In this document: positions 39,801-52,459 of the stretch, one piece after another
Position numbering within the stretch: the stretch's first letter is position 1
Layout: each line of letters begins with the position of its first letter
Source: the human T2T-CHM13v2.0 reference genome, Homo sapiens
Direction: 5' to 3' (one strand)
Assembly (NCBI RefSeq): GCF_009914755.1
Contig: NC_060948.1
Length of the DNA: 64,000 nt
Made by a program: the position numbers and the translations under genes
Notes under the pieces: model-generated
The model's database searches: none
What the model was told of the DNA's origin: nothing
What the model saw: only the letters and a program-made list of their open reading frames with translations

Positions 39801-41022
39801 AAGCTATGCACATGAAAAGGAATTTGGACAGATTGCCGGGCCCTGTCCAAATTTTATTCCACTTTTTATCCAAAACTATGCACGTGAAAAGGAATTTGGA
39901 CGGATTCAGGGGCTCAGCTCCCAGATGATGTTCCTCTTCTGTCTGGGTCCTGCATAAAGAAAGAATTATGGTATATTGCTGGGACCCCCATCCTGATGAT
40001 GTAACCTTCCTGCTTGTGCCAGAGCAACAGAAAGTATTTTTATTTATCTTGGAGCTATTCTCTAGGTGTTTTTGTTTCCGTTATTTTTCATTTTTGTTTT
40101 TTCGCATTTGGGATTGTGTTATATTGCTGGGTCTAGCATCCAGTTAATGTAACCCTCATTTCTAGAACATGCCTAAAAATGTCATTGTGACATATTGCTT
40201 GGCACAGCGACATATTGCTTGGCACAGCATCTTCGTTGTGCTATCCTCCTGCCAAGTTTTTTTCCTACAAATGGGATTATGAAATTTACCTTGCTTCATT
40301 TCACAGGCAAGATGATCAAACAAATTGAGATTCCACTAATAGTGATATTTTGCTTTTCATCACTACATTTCAAGCAATAAGTAAGGTTATGAGTTGCATA
40401 TTTTTACAAAACTCACATAAGTTTTCAACACCAACTCATATTCTATAAGCTCCTTGGGTGATACACAGAGTTTTATAACAGGGCCCAGCAAAAGGGTAAG
40501 ATCGTGACTCTTGATTACATGTGTAGGTGAGAGCAAATGTTGTCACCACACCACATTACAAAGCCCAGTGTGGAAGTCCTGATTTTAAAAAGTAAATAAA
40601 GTACAAAGATGGAGTTGTGAGTTTCATATGTGGATCTTGCTATAGGTGAGATGGTGAATCATTTCTGGACCCAGATTACAGGCATAATAATGGGTCTCTT
40701 GTCTGAACCCAGACGGGGTTTAGGGCAATATATAAGATTCTGAGTCAATACGAGTATGTAGCCCTCAGAGACATTTGCAACTCTCATGCATATTGCATAA
40801 AGCCTCCAGATGTTGCAGAGTGTGTCATGCAATGAACCAAAACACGTGAGAGATTGTGACCCTTATATACACACCAAGCTAACTGTTAAAGGTGTTATAT
40901 CAAATGATGAGAAGATTGTGTCATATCACTAGGCCTAGTACCCTGGTGTTGAAAGTTTTTGACTTAAATTCTTTACCATGGGTGCATTGTAAAATATGGC
41001 TGAGTTAGAGTCGTAATAATGT

Positions 41023-41333
41023 GGCCAGGTGTGGTGGCTCACGCCTATAATCCTAACGCTTTGGGAGGCTGAGGTGGGCAGATTAGGAGGTCTGGAGATC
41101 AAGACCATCCTGGCTAACATGGGGAAATCCTGTCTCTACTAAAAATACAAAAAAAGTTAGCCGGGCCTGGTGGCAGGCACCTCTGTTCCCAGCTACTCAG
41201 GAGGCTGAGGTAGGAGAATGGCGTCCACATGGGAGGCAAAACTTGCAGTGAGCCTGGTAAGCCTAGATCATGTCACTGAACTCCAGCCTGTGTGACGGGG
41301 GAGACTCTGTCTTAAAAACAAAAACAAAAAAAA
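41023..41333 (+). mobile_element. AluY-like
   Basis: CTGGCTAAC and GAATGGCGT diagnostics, A tail, degenerate TSD ending in AATGT. Confidence 0.93.
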
Positions 41334-43214
41334 TTATAGCAATGTAACTTTTCAGCTTGGACCCAACCAACAGGGGACACTGTCAAACACTGTCACATAT
41401 TTTTGGGCTAATCAGCTAGGTGATGGGTTTCTCCTCCTGGTTTTCTGACCACAGAAGACACTCTGACATATTGCTAAATATAGCATATAGGTAACGTAAC
41501 TCTCCTCTCTTCCCTGGATCCTGCCCACTGAAGAAATTGTGACATACCACTGAGTGCAAAACCTGGGTGATGTGACTCTCCTCTTTCTCCTGGACTCTGC
41601 CAAGAGAGGGAGTTATCAGATATTACTGCACACAGCATTTAGGGAATGTGACTATTCACTATTTTTTCAACCCCGTATACACTGAGCATGATGACATATT
41701 TGAGATTGTACCCAGGTGATATGACTCTTCTGACGTTGTCCTGCCTACAAAGGAGATTATAATATATCCCTGGCTCGACACCCTGATTACATAACACTTC
41801 TCTCTTGTCTCTGTCCAAAGTTGAAACGGTGACATATACCTGGATTCAGCTCATATGCACAATAATAACCCTCATACCTAGACCTAGCCAGGAGAGATAT
41901 TTCAACTCTCATAGCCAGTCATTGTGATTCTCAGATCCACACCCAGCTGACGTAATTGTCATTCTCACACATTAACAGAGCCTACAAATGAGGTGCTAAA
42001 TCTCTCACACCTGAGTAGTTGATATTGTTACTCTCATACATGAATCTGCTCCACAGGTGATTTGATGACGTTTGAACCATTATTCAGTAGAACTGTGGTG
42101 CTTTGACTCTCTTACTGGAACACAATTATTAACTGGGATTGGGGCTTTTATACATGGATCTGTCCCCTTGTTGAGACTGTAATGCCTGTACTTCATAGGG
42201 GGTGCTGACTCTCATACCTGAAGCCAGGAATTTTGTGGGACTGTGAAACTTATTTCTGAACATTTTCAAGTTTGTGATTGAGAAGTATGACTTTGTTCAG
42301 CATCTGAGTGTTTTGACCCTCCTTTCTGGTCCCAGAGCACAGTTGAAATTGTAAAATACATGCACCAAGCACCTTTGGCAATGTGACAAAGGGCACTTTT
42401 TCATATCCCTGGGACCAGCACCAAGTTGATATGAACTCTTGGCCTGAACTCTGCCTGTGAAGAGCATTGTGGCTTTTATCTAGGCCTGTCACATAAGTTA
42501 TGTGATTTTCTTCTACTGCCTTGGCCCTGCACTTACAGTGCATTGTGACACATCACTGTGTACTGCACTCAGGTGTTGTGACTCTTTTTTGGGGAGAGGT
42601 TTGCCAATAGGAAACTTTGGAACATATCACTTGTCTCAGTATCTAGGTGAGGTTTCTACTCTTTTGCCTGGGCCCTGACCACCAGAAAGATTGTGAAATA
42701 TTGCTGAACCCAGCACCAAGTCAGGTCCCTCTCCTGCATGGTCCTGCACACGGGGGAAATTATGACAAATATCCAGGCTAATTTCCTAGGTGAAGTTTGT
42801 CTCCTATACTGCCTAAGCCCCGGCAGGCCCTGCCCATGGTGAGGAGAGGGGTTCAGATATCTCACTGAAACCAGCATTTATGTGATGTGACTCTTCTTCC
42901 AGAATCCTGCCCACAAGGAGGATTGTGACATTTCAGTGGAGCAGATCCCACTCAGGTGGTGTGACTTTCCTTTCTTCTCCCTGTCCACAGGTGATGTTGT
43001 GGAATATACCTGAGACTAGATGAAAGGTCTATCAGTGACTTTTGTACCTGGAGCCAGGACATGTGCAGGATGGTGACTCGTATCCCTAAACTTTTCCACC
43101 AGTGTTATTGTGACATATTCCTTTGCCCAGCCCCTGAGTGATTTAATAATCTTGCCTGGTTATAGCTCACTGATGACATTTTGACATATACCTGAGACAC
43201 GAACCTTGGTGATT

Positions 43215-43460
43215 TATCAGGGGAACCAACCCCCAATATTTTAACATAGGTTCTTTTCTATTTTCCCTAAGTGTCAGTGGGTCTGAGAAATAAAGAGAAA
43301 GAGTACAAAAGAGATAAATTTTAAAGCTGAGTGTCTTGTTGGTCATGTCAGCAGGTTCTGTGATGCCCCCTGAGCTGCAAAACCAGCAAGATTTAATTAG
43401 CAATTTTCAAAGGGGAGGGAATGTACAAATAGGGTGTCGGTCACAGAGATCACATGCTTC
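43215..43460 (-). mobile_element. Truncated 3' MER11 LTR (last ~245 nt only)
   Basis: Matches 47528-47780 up to TCACAGAGATCACATGCTTC, then switches abruptly to env sequence. Confidence 0.9.
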
Positions 43461-44400
43461 CCATTTTAAGGGAAAGAAAAAGCTGAACCTCTTATTCAAA
43501 GTAGAATGATGATTCTCATTCTCCTGATAAGAAACAAAATAAGTAGCCTCCAGGCATTCCCTTCCACCAGAGGAGCAGTTGTTTTTTAAATAGCCCTTTG
43601 GTGCCCAGTCTATTACTAAACCATATGAGCCTTTTTTTCATATTACTGCATGTGAGTTAACACAATCATCCCAAACTAAAGTTTTAGATGGGCCCTCAAA
43701 ATTTTTAGGGCATGCTTTTCCTGCAGGTTTATATTGAAAGTATGAGGCATCTCCCATTACTCCCCCTTTCATTTGTTTTAAAGGAGAAAGGGAGAGGCCA
43801 GAGACCAAATGCCCCGGTTCCTCTGTAGCTGATCTCTCCAGAAGATAAGCAGCCCAGACTAGAGTTTCTAGATGTATACAACCAGCTGCCTGTCTGAGGC
43901 ACAGAGATGGGCATCTATAACTACAACCCATAGTAACATTAAATGCAGTGGCTTCTTCTCCTGGTTGAGTGGGGCAACAGTCATCTGTAGGTCCAGGCAT
44001 CCATGCACTGTCATTAGTGTAGATTTCCACAGGAGCATCCATCCAGGTGAGAGGTCAAATAAGTGGAGGAAAAGACACATAAGCCCACTAAGAATAATTT
44101 TGTGTAGCAGGTAAATCAGTGTGAGAGGAAACTGGTGAGACAGAATGTATAAGGAGGAGAATCATTAAACAAAACCTATTGTAAGTAAGATTCAGTGCTG
44201 AGATTCAGGGAGGAAGAGAAGAACAGAGGGATGTTATTTTCAGGTTAATATGAACGGTGAGATTTTTAGGTCTGTAAGGGGAAAAAGAAAGGTAATTAGG
44301 TGAAGTGGGATTGGTTAGATGGGTCTCCATTGCCATCAAGGACGATTGAACCAGACCCATCTTGATTTGGTGGGCCAGCTTCTGAGGAGTTGGCACAGAT
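43461..44400 (-). pseudogene. env: HML-8 env SU fragment
   Basis: WAYVSF, W.DAPVEIYTNDSAWMPGPTDD..P.QP.EE and CPKN..LVWDDCV are HML env SU motifs. The TM region is absent. Confidence 0.85.
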
Positions 44401-44439
44401 CTCACCATGGCTGAGGTCCGTCTCTGATGCGGACCTCTG

Positions 44440-46020
44440 TTCCCTGTGGTTTTTGTCATCAATATTCACATGAAGCTTGATTCTCCTAGTGGATATTCAG
44501 AGAGGGGATTGATGATCTCCTGGTGAAATGCAAGCATATCCTCATTTCCACATTAAGTAGAATCAGAGACAATATTTAAAGGTTTAGGGAAATCCTGTAA
44601 GACAGTAATTACAGCAATTAAATCTGCCTTTTGAGCAGAGGTATAAAGGGTAGAAATAAGCTTGTCTGTAGGACCCACATAGCCAGCATTTCCATTACTG
44701 GAGCCATCAGTGAACACTGTAATGGCCTCAGGAATGGGCTGGTCTTTGGTTAAGCAAGAGACCACCGAAGATGTCATTTTTATAAAATTAAACAATTTGT
44801 TTTTTGGATAATGATTGTCAATAACGCCAATAAAATCAGCCAAGTGAATTTGCCACAGTACAGAATGTTGAAAGGTGGCTTGAATTTTGAGCCAATTTAA
44901 AGGAACTACAATTAAATTTGGATCAAATCCAGAAATTTCAAGTATTTTACACCAAGCTTGTTCAATTAAGATGGCCAGTTGGGCCAGATAAACAGACAAA
45001 GCTTTTGACACAGAATGGGGAAGAAAACACCACTCTATTAAATCATTATGTTGAACTATTAGCCCAGTAGAGGAGTGCAAGGAAGCAAAAACTAGAAGCT
45101 GAAAAGGCTGAAATGGCTGTACTCTAGATAGCTGGGCAGTCTGGATTCTTCCCTCTATGAATTCCAGTCCTGGTGAAGCCTCATGTGTCAAACTCCTGGA
45201 ACTGCAGAGATTGGAATCTCCCCACAGTGTAGAAAACAAGTTAGACAGTGCATAGGTCAGAATGCCTAAAGTAGGTCTTAAATAATTAATGTTACCCAAA
45301 GGTTTCAGAAGTCTTTAAAGTTTTCAAAGAATCTCTCCTAATTTGAACTTTTTGAGGTTGAATACGTTGTTTATCAACCACCATTCCTAAATATCAAACA
45401 GGAGTGGTCTGCTGAATTTTATTCTGAGTGATGTGCAATCCAGCCTCTGTAACACAATGGCTCAAAATTTGATAACAGTCAATTAATTCTTTATGAAGGG
45501 GGGTGGCAACTAAAATATCATCAATATAATGAAGAATATAGGCCTGGGGAATTGGGCTCAAACTGGTGAAAGCACTTGTCTAACATAAAGCTGGCAGATT
45601 GTAGGGCTATTCAGCATTCCCTGAGGAAGTGCTTTCATTGATAACGAGCTGCAGGCTCCTGATTATTGATAGATGGTAAAGTACAAGCAAATTTTTCACA
45701 ATTCAATTCATGTAAAGCAATATAAAAAATGATCTTTAAGATCAAATGAGAGGTCAAAACTTAGATATTAAAGCAGGGGCAGGCATGCCAGGTTGGATGA
45801 CTCCCATAGGTTTAATTACAGTATTAGTGGCCCTTAAATGAGTTACCATCTGCAACTTTCCTGATTTCTTTTTTTACTAGAAACACAGTAGAATTCCAGG
45901 GGAAAAGGGAAAATTCTGCATTACCAAGTTGTAACTGTTCAGAAACTAATTGAGTTAAACCCTCCAGTTTTCTTTAGAAGCCACTGCAGGTGTTTAATCC
46001 TCACAGGTGTGTCAGATTAA
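44440..46020 (-). pseudogene. pol: HML-8 pol (RT, tether, partial RNase H, integrase C-terminus)
   Basis: [23 protein letters not shown] (45517-45528), GNINYLRPTLGI, FTDGSSNG, SAQKADL and IVSDS, then a jump to GYACISPG. Confidence 0.9.
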
Positions 46021-46029
46021 ACTTTAATG

Positions 46030-47365
46030 TATGCAGGCAACATCTCGTGATCCAGTAAATTTTGTCATTGGATGGAATGCATGGCCATCTTACACTCATG
46101 GTTCACATTTTCAAAAGCTAACATACAAAGGAGAACACCTTGAACATGATAATTAGAGACAGATTTTTCAACAGCATCTTGTAATTTAGCTAAAAAATCA
46201 GGGTATAATTCAGTGTGACCTTGTTTAACAGTAGTAAAAGAAGCAGGAGCTTGGCCTAGGGTGCGTAATTTATCCCAAGCTCTCATACACACCTTTGCTA
46301 CTTGTTCTGTGGTAAGAGCATCAAAGTTTAATTGGGCATAAGTATCAGAGAAATTATCAGACCCTGTGAGCTGAGCCTGAGTAGTTAGAATGCCATTAGT
46401 CAAATTTAGCTGAGCCTGCAAATAGGCCTTCTCTGACCACCAGGTACAAAACTGTAAATGCTGAGATGGGTTAGAACAGCTATTGCCAAAAGGTCCCAGT
46501 CTAAAGGAAGGAAAATGACCTCTGTACAAAAGTTTGTAATACCATTTTAACATAAGGAGAAGTAGGGTCATACTGAGTACAAGCATCCTTAAATTCTTTT
46601 AAAAAGGTAAGATTGAGAGGTACACAATGATGCAGACCGGTTGAGGAACTGAAATGACAGGAGGGTGCGGGGATGCGATGGATGGGGGAGTGCTTGGAGA
46701 ATTAAAGGTAAATTGTAGTTTGGTTCCAGAGCCATTAGCTGACACCAGAGGTTTGAAGAGAGAAGAATTACCACATATATGGAAATGGGCTGTAGGAGTT
46801 GGGGCCACGGGAGTTACAAGTACTGGCTTTTCATGAAAAGAAATAAGGTCAGCAGGGGGTAACATTAAGCCAAAGTTACTGGAGTTAGACACTGAATTTT
46901 CAGCATCGTTAGGTGGGGGGAGGAGTAGGTGAAGGGAGAGGCTGAGCAGATAACAAAGGCGGTATGGGAAAGGAAAGTTGAGGAGGTATTAGGACAGCAT
47001 GTACCAAGGCCCAATCACCCCACACAGCGATGGGAACATAATTCCCTGTCGAGACCAGTTCCCAGAATATTGAACCAACATGATCCCATAATTTTACATA
47101 TAAGTTTCCTTTTTCAGGAAACCAAGGACAGTATTTTTCCACTGCCCTGAATACAGTCACCATATTTTCCATGGTTACTTAGACCCTTCCCCGTTTTAAC
47201 AGGTCTACATCTAAGTTTCCTTTTTCAGGAAACCAAGGACAGTATTTTCCCACTCTCTTGAATAGAGTGATCATATTTTTCCATGGGCACTCAAACCCTT
47301 TCCTCTTTTAACTGGAGTTTAATATAGAAGAGATAAGTATAATTTTTAGACTCTGTATGACCCAT
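46030..47365 (-). pseudogene. gag: HML-8 gag (MA and CA; NC missing)
   Basis: ATG at 47365 gives MGHTESK. MA motif VEKYCPWFPEKG; CA major homology region VKQGHTELYPDFLAKLQDAVEK and LAFENVNHECK. Confidence 0.88.
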
Positions 47366-47510
47366 AGTTAACCCAGACAAATTCACAGACTACTCACAAA
47401 TCATCAGGGAGTTGAACAAGTGTTTCTGTGGACCAAACCGATGATGTTTCTCCACACCTACCTACCAAAGGGAATTGGATTCCCACATGCACTTAGGAAA
47501 AAGAAAAAAA

Positions 47511-47525
47511 CACATTGGTGCACCA
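47511..47525 (-). promoter_or_regulatory. Degenerate tRNA-Lys PBS
   Basis: TGGTGCACCAATGTG, 2 nt after the 5' LTR end. Confidence 0.65.
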
Positions 47526-47527
47526 GA

Positions 47528-48536
47528 TATCAGGGGAACCAGCCCCCAATATTTCAATATAGACTCTTTTCTATTTTCCCTAAGTGCAGGCATGTCTGAG
47601 AAATAAAGGGAAAGAGTACAAAAGAGAGAAATTTTAAAGCTGGTTGTCTGGGGAAGACATCACATGTCAGCAGGTTCCATGATGCCCCCTGAGCTGCAAA
47701 ACCAGAAAGTTTTTAATTAGCAAATTTCAAAGGGGTGGGAGTGTACACATTGGGTGTGGGTCACAGAGATCACATGCTTCAAAGGCAATAAAACATCACA
47801 AGGCGAATGGGTGGGGCAGGGTCACAAGGCCAGGGTGAAACTAGAATTGCTGATGGAGTTTCATGTCCCACTGTGCATGCATTGTCATTGACAAATGTCT
47901 TAACAGAAACAGGGTTCAAGAGCAGAGAACCAGTCTGACTAGAATTCACCAGGCTGGAATTTCCTAATCCTAGCAAGCCTGTGGACACTGCCAGAGACTA
48001 GGGCATGTTTCATCCCTATCTACAACTGCATAAGGCAGACACTCCCAGAGTGGCCGTTTTAGAGGCTCCCCTCCCCCGAGGAGTGTATTCTTTTCCCAGG
48101 GCTGTTAATTATTAGTATTCCTTACTGAGGAAAGAATTCAGCAATATTTCTCTTACCCATTTTCAGTAATAAGAGAAATATGACTCTGTCCTGCCTGGTT
48201 CCCAGGCAGTCAGACCTAATGATTATCTCCATTGTTCCCTGAACATTGGTGTTATCCTGTTCTTTTTTCAAGGTGCCAAGATTTCGTATTGTTCAAACAC
48301 ACATGCTTTATGAACAAGTTTTTCAGTTAACACAATCATCACAGGGTCCTGGGGTGACACACATCCTCAGCTTATGAAGATACTGGGATTAAGAGATTAA
48401 GGTAAAGACAGGTATAGGAAATTATAAGAGTATTGATTGGGGAAGTGATAAATGTCCATGAAATCTTCACAATTTATGTTCTTCTGCCATGGCTTCAGCC
48501 AGCCCCTCTGTTCGGGTTCCCTGACTTCCCACAACA
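47528..48536 (-). mobile_element. 5' MER11 LTR (~1.0 kb)
   Basis: Both MER11 termini are present. Confidence 0.92.
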
Positions 48537-51500
48537 GTGATTTGAATTTTGTGTCTTAACACTATCCTCAGAAGAAATCATAACATATTTCTAGACTTAT
48601 CGTCTAGCTTATGTGACTCTCCTCTCCTGTCTGAACGCTGCTTCCTGTGAAGAGTGTAGCATTTTTAAGCACTGCATCCAAATGACATAACCCTCTTGCC
48701 TAACCTTTTCAATAGTAGGTATTGTGACATATTTCTGTGCCATCATTTAGGTGGTATGACTCTCCTTTCCTGCCTGGACAATCTCCATAGGAGGCATTAT
48801 GCCATAGAGTTGGGTTAACACCCCATATTTGTGAGATTTCTGTTCGTGTTTTGCCTACAAAGAGAATATTGGAATATTTCTGGCTTAGGATTTAGGTGAC
48901 ATGGTTTTCCTGCCTGTTTAATAACCACAAAGGGGATGGTGACATATACTTAGGCACAGCTAAAAGGCATAATAATGACTCTCATAGGTGGACCAAGCCA
49001 ATAGGAGAAATTTTGACTCTTCTAGGTTCATGTACCTGAGTGATTTCCAGGATCTTCTTCTGTAAAATGTCACAGAAGATTACAAAACTCACGCATATCT
49101 TATAACACCCTTGGGTTGTATAGAGAGTGTCATAACAGGGCCTAGCACACAAAAGGGATTCTGGGTCTCCAATGCTGAGACCCAGCTGACAGTAAGGACT
49201 TTCACTATTACAGATGGATGGAGGCAACTGTCCTACATGAAAACAGCACATGTGTGGTATTTTATTCCATCATAATTGTGATATAAATCTTTGTCAGGTA
49301 TCTGTGTGATTTTACTCTTCTGACTCGTTCCAGCCAACATATGGGATTTTGACATCTACCTAAGCCAATTTTAAAGTGCTGTGACTCTTCTGCCTGGATC
49401 ATGCTCAGTAAGAATGGTGACATCGCTGGATCCAGCTCCCAGGTTACTTTACATTAGTGTCTGCACCATGCCCAGAAACATCTTAACAACATCACTGTGT
49501 CCATCACTTAGGAGATGTAACTCTCCTCTCTGGAATGAGCCCTGCACACAGGGATGGATGATGACACATTCCTAGGCCAGGCACATCACTGATGATACTA
49601 TTTTTCCAGGGCCATTCCTCAAAGAGGACATTTTGCCATATCACAGGGCCTATCATGTAGGTTATAGGACCTGCCCACTTGAAGAGTGACATACTGCTAG
49701 GCCAGGCACAAAGGTGATGATGCTCTTTTGCCAGAGCCATGCTTTAGGGAAGACTTTTTGACATATCTCTGTGGCTATCACCTAATTAATGTGACTTCCT
49801 GCTTGGTCCTGCCCACATGGGGCATTGTGACATAAGGGTGGAATCTGGACCTAGGTGATGTATCTCCCTTGCCTGGGTCCTTTTCTAAGGGTGACAAGTG
49901 ATGTGAATACATCAGGACCAAGAATCAGGTGATGTGTTTCCTCAGCCTGGTTTCTGCCCACATATTAAATTATGACATATACCTAAGGAAACAACTGGGT
50001 TATATGACTCTCTTTTTCTGCTTGAGCCCAGCTTACTGGTGACACTGAGACACATCTCTGAGCCCATGACCTAAGTCATTTGACTCTTCCTCTGTCTGTG
50101 CTTCTCTGATGGGAATATTCTGACATATTAATGAGTCCAGCACTTAGGTAATGTGTCTTTTGTTTTCTTGCTGAACAATGCCCACAAACAGGACTTTTCC
50201 TGTGCTTCAGGGCCCAGCACCCAGATTATGTCACTCTTCTGCCTAGGTCATGCATAAATGGAAACATTATAGCATATTGCTCAGCCCAGTACTCCAATGA
50301 TGTAACTCTCCTCCTTCTGCCAGAGCTCCAGAAGGTATTTTGACATATTATTGGCCCATTCTTTAGGTGTTTTGACCTCATCACTTTTCTGGGTTTCTTC
50401 AACATGAGTTTGTATCATATTGGTGGCTCCAGCCCCCAGTTCATGTGACCCTCTTTTCTAGGCCCTGCCTAGAGATGACACTGTGACATGTTGTGTGGCA
50501 CATCAGTTAAGTGATTTTAACTTTTTGCCTAATTTTCTTGCCCACAAATGGGATTAGGATATATACCTTGCTTCAGTTCAAAGGTAAGATGATCAAGCTT
50601 ATATTGGGATTCAGCCAACAGGGGATATCTTGCCTCAAGCAACTATGTTTATGTCAATAGTTAAGGTCCTTCATTGCATACTTGTGCAGAACTCACTGAA
50701 ATTTACAATACTAAATCATATCAGAGAAACTTCTTGGCTGGTATAGAGAGTTTGATAATAGGGCCCAGCAAAAAGTTAAGATTGTGACTCTTGACTACAT
50801 ATTCTCAATTTACAAAGCCCATTGTTGAGGTCCTCAGTCTAACAAGTAAATACAGCAGAAAGTTGGAATTGTGACATTCATAAGTGAATGTGGCCACATA
50901 TAGGATGGTGATTCATTTTTGGCTCCAGGTAACAGGCATAATTGTGGTCTCATTCCTGAGTCCAGTGTATAGGAAATCTGTATTCTGTCATGCCTGGGTT
51001 TATGGCTATATATAAGATCATGAGTCCATATAAACATGTAAGCCTCAGAAAGTTTAGCAACTCTGATGCATGCTGAACAAAGTTCCCTGATGTTATAGAG
51101 AGTGCCATACAATGGCCAGTACATATGTGAGACTGTGGCTCTCATATACACAACTAGCTAACAGTTAATATTTTCGCCCTTAAAAATGAAAAGATGTGTC
51201 ATATCCATTTGCTTAGTACCCAGGTGTTGAGACTTTTTGGTTTAAATTCCTTTCTATAAGCACTTTGTTACATATCACTGGTTCAGAATCATGATAATGT
51301 GATTCTTCTGGCTGGACCTTTTAATCAGGGAATATTTTTAGATATCTCTGGGCCTATTGGCTACCTGATATGTCTCCCTGCCAGTGTCCTGCCCACAGGG
51401 GCACTATGACATATCGTGAGATATAGCATCTAGGTAATGTGACTCTCCCCTCCTGCCTGGATTCTGCCGGCTGAAGAAATTGTGACATATTACTGAGTGA

Positions 51501-52120
51501 AATACCTTGGTGACGTGACTTTCCTTTTTTTCCTAAACTCTGCCAGGCTTTATTTCATAATTCTGAGCTTAGCACCCAGCCAGTGTGATTCTCTTTTTCT
51601 TCTTCAAAACTGTCTACATTGGGGATCTGGCATATTATTACAGGCTGTACCCAAGTGATATGTCTCTTCTGTCTAATTTCTGCCCAAATGTTGGATTGTG
51701 ATGTATAACTAGGGAAGTACCTAGGTGATATGACTCTCCTTTTCTGCCTGGGCCCTGCAGATATTTGTCTGCAGTGGGGAACATCTATGAGCCCTTGGCC
51801 TAAGTGAAGAGACTGCTTCTTCTCCCTGGCTTTTATAACAGTGGTTTATGCCATATTGCTGAGCCCAGCCCTCAGGTTATTTTACTTTTTTCTTTTTTCT
51901 TGAACCATGATCACACAATAAATTTTGACCTATTGCAGGACCCCAACACACAGATGATGTTAGTCTTTTACCTGGGTCCTGCATATAGAGATAATTATTG
52001 CAGATTTCTGGGCCCAGCACCCTGTTAATGTGACTTTCATGCTTGTCCCAGAGCCAAAGAAAGTATTTTGACCTCTCCTGGGCCCATTATGTATGTGTTT
52101 TGTCTGTCGTAACTTGGCTT

Positions 52121-52459
52121 TTTTATTTTTTTATTTTTATTTTATTTGTTTGTTTGTTTGTTTTTGGTGGGGGGATGGAATCTTGCTCTGTCACCCAGCC
52201 TGGAGCTCTGGAGTACAATGGTGTGATCTCGGCTCAGTGCAACCTCCGCCTCCTAGGTTCAAGCTGTTCTCCTGCCTCAGCCTCCTGAGTGGCTGGGATT
52301 ACAGGCATGTGCCACCATGCTCGGCTCATCTTTGTATTTTTAGTAGAGACGGGGTTTCATTATGTTGGTCAGGCTGGTCTAGAACTCTTGTCCTCGTGAT
52401 TTGCCTGCCTTGGCCACCCAAAGTGCTGGGATTACAGGCGTGTGGCATGGTGCCCAGCC
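52121..52459 (-). mobile_element. Alu (AluS-like)
   Basis: Antisense Alu dimer with a T/TTTG tail. TSD TGG(c/a)TTTTTT. Confidence 0.93.

Larger units (their letters stand above)
43215..48536 (-). mobile_element. HERV-K11 (HML-8, MER11 LTRs) provirus reduced to 5.3 kb
   Basis: Perfect 6-bp TSD GTGATT (43209-43214 and 48537-48542). MER11 termini on the minus strand (TGTTGTGGGAAGTCAGGG...TTCCCCTGATA). Betaretroviral gag, pol and env remnants. Confidence 0.92.

Noticed and set aside
44553-45299. 248-aa ORF as a functional or domesticated gene
   Set aside because: It is an internal pol fragment without the RT catalytic motif, ends at a deletion junction, and has no proper start.
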